Assembly: GCA_944380275.1 (NCBI GenBank)
Contig: CALWHB010000001.1
Coordinates: 33,369 to 97,368 of the forward strand
Reading direction: 5' to 3'
DNA length: 64,000 bases
DNA from: an uncultured Christensenellaceae bacterium
GTDB taxonomy: Bacteria; Bacillota; Clostridia; Christensenellales; UBA3700
Shown: positions 63,913-64,000 of the stretch, one piece after another
Numbering within the stretch: position 1 is the stretch's first letter
Layout of the letters: each line of letters starts with the position of its first letter
The notes under the pieces: model-generated
Databases searched by the model: none
What the model was told of the DNA's origin: nothing
The model's input: only the letters and a program-made list of their open reading frames with translations
Program-made: the position numbers and the translations under genes

Positions 63913-64000
63913 TCAGCCTCTTAAAAAATTGTTTACTATGTCGTCCGCTGCGGTTTTATCCGACGGGTTAATGCTATGTGCAAATTTATATCGTCTGAGC
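63913..64000 (-). CDS. 3' end (last 28 codons) of an unidentified minus-strand gene that continues beyond the window
   Basis: The open frame ...LRRYKFAHSINPSDKTAADDIVNNFLRG* ends at a TGA (63915-63913), 5 nt before the ynbB-like ATG. It is too short to identify. Confidence 0.3.
   Translation of the reverse strand, partial: LRRYKFAHSINPSDKTAADDIVNNFLRG

Overview
This 64-kb window looks like chromosome from a low-GC, endospore-forming Firmicute (Clostridia-like). That assignment is inferred from gene content and order; no database search was possible. From nt 1 to 49625, 49 consecutive CDSs lie on the + strand. They reproduce two classic Bacillus/Clostridium core synteny blocks. Block 1 is rpsB-tsf-pyrH-frr-uppS-cdsA-dxr-rseP-ispG-[polC slot]-rimP-nusA-ylxR-ylxQ-infB-rbfA-nrnA-truB-ribF. 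Block 2 is pepP-efp-spoIIIAA..AH-asp23-nusB-folD-xseA-xseB-ispA-dxs-tlyA-nadK-argR-recN-spoIVB. Upstream of these lie a giant cyclic beta-1,2-glucan-synthase-like gene whose 5' end is outside the window, then rarA, an ABC pair, ruvX and a DUF1292 gene. The right part (49.7-64 kb) is more mosaic. It holds purB (-), a lone tRNA-Trp, an ECF sigma plus a 743-aa anti-sigma-like protein, proC, rnhA and a TVP38/DedA-like membrane protein. It continues with a PadR regulator fused to a membrane domain (-), a 1.4-kb AT-rich coding desert, a tyrosine recombinase plus lexA, a 0.75-kb non-coding tract and a YnbB-like PLP enzyme (-). I found no rRNA, CRISPR array, transposase or recognisable defence or toxin system. 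The most unusual observations are these. (1) A PolC-derived N-terminal/OB/exonuclease-only protein sits exactly where full-length polC normally lies. (2) An array of at least five direct copies of a ~31-nt motif lies immediately downstream of lexA; its core (TGAATATACGTTC) resembles a LexA (Cheo) box and an ARG box, and a further copy lies upstream of the nadK-argR-recN operon. (3) The PadR-acidic linker-membrane domain fusion. (4) The AT-rich non-coding tracts flanking the recombinase-lexA pair. (5) Leaderless-mRNA promoter geometry at rarA and nadK. (6) A metallothionein-like Cys/Asp/Glu tail on the DUF1292 protein. All functional calls rest on motifs I recognise in the translations and on synteny. 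They need confirmation by HMM or BLAST searches.
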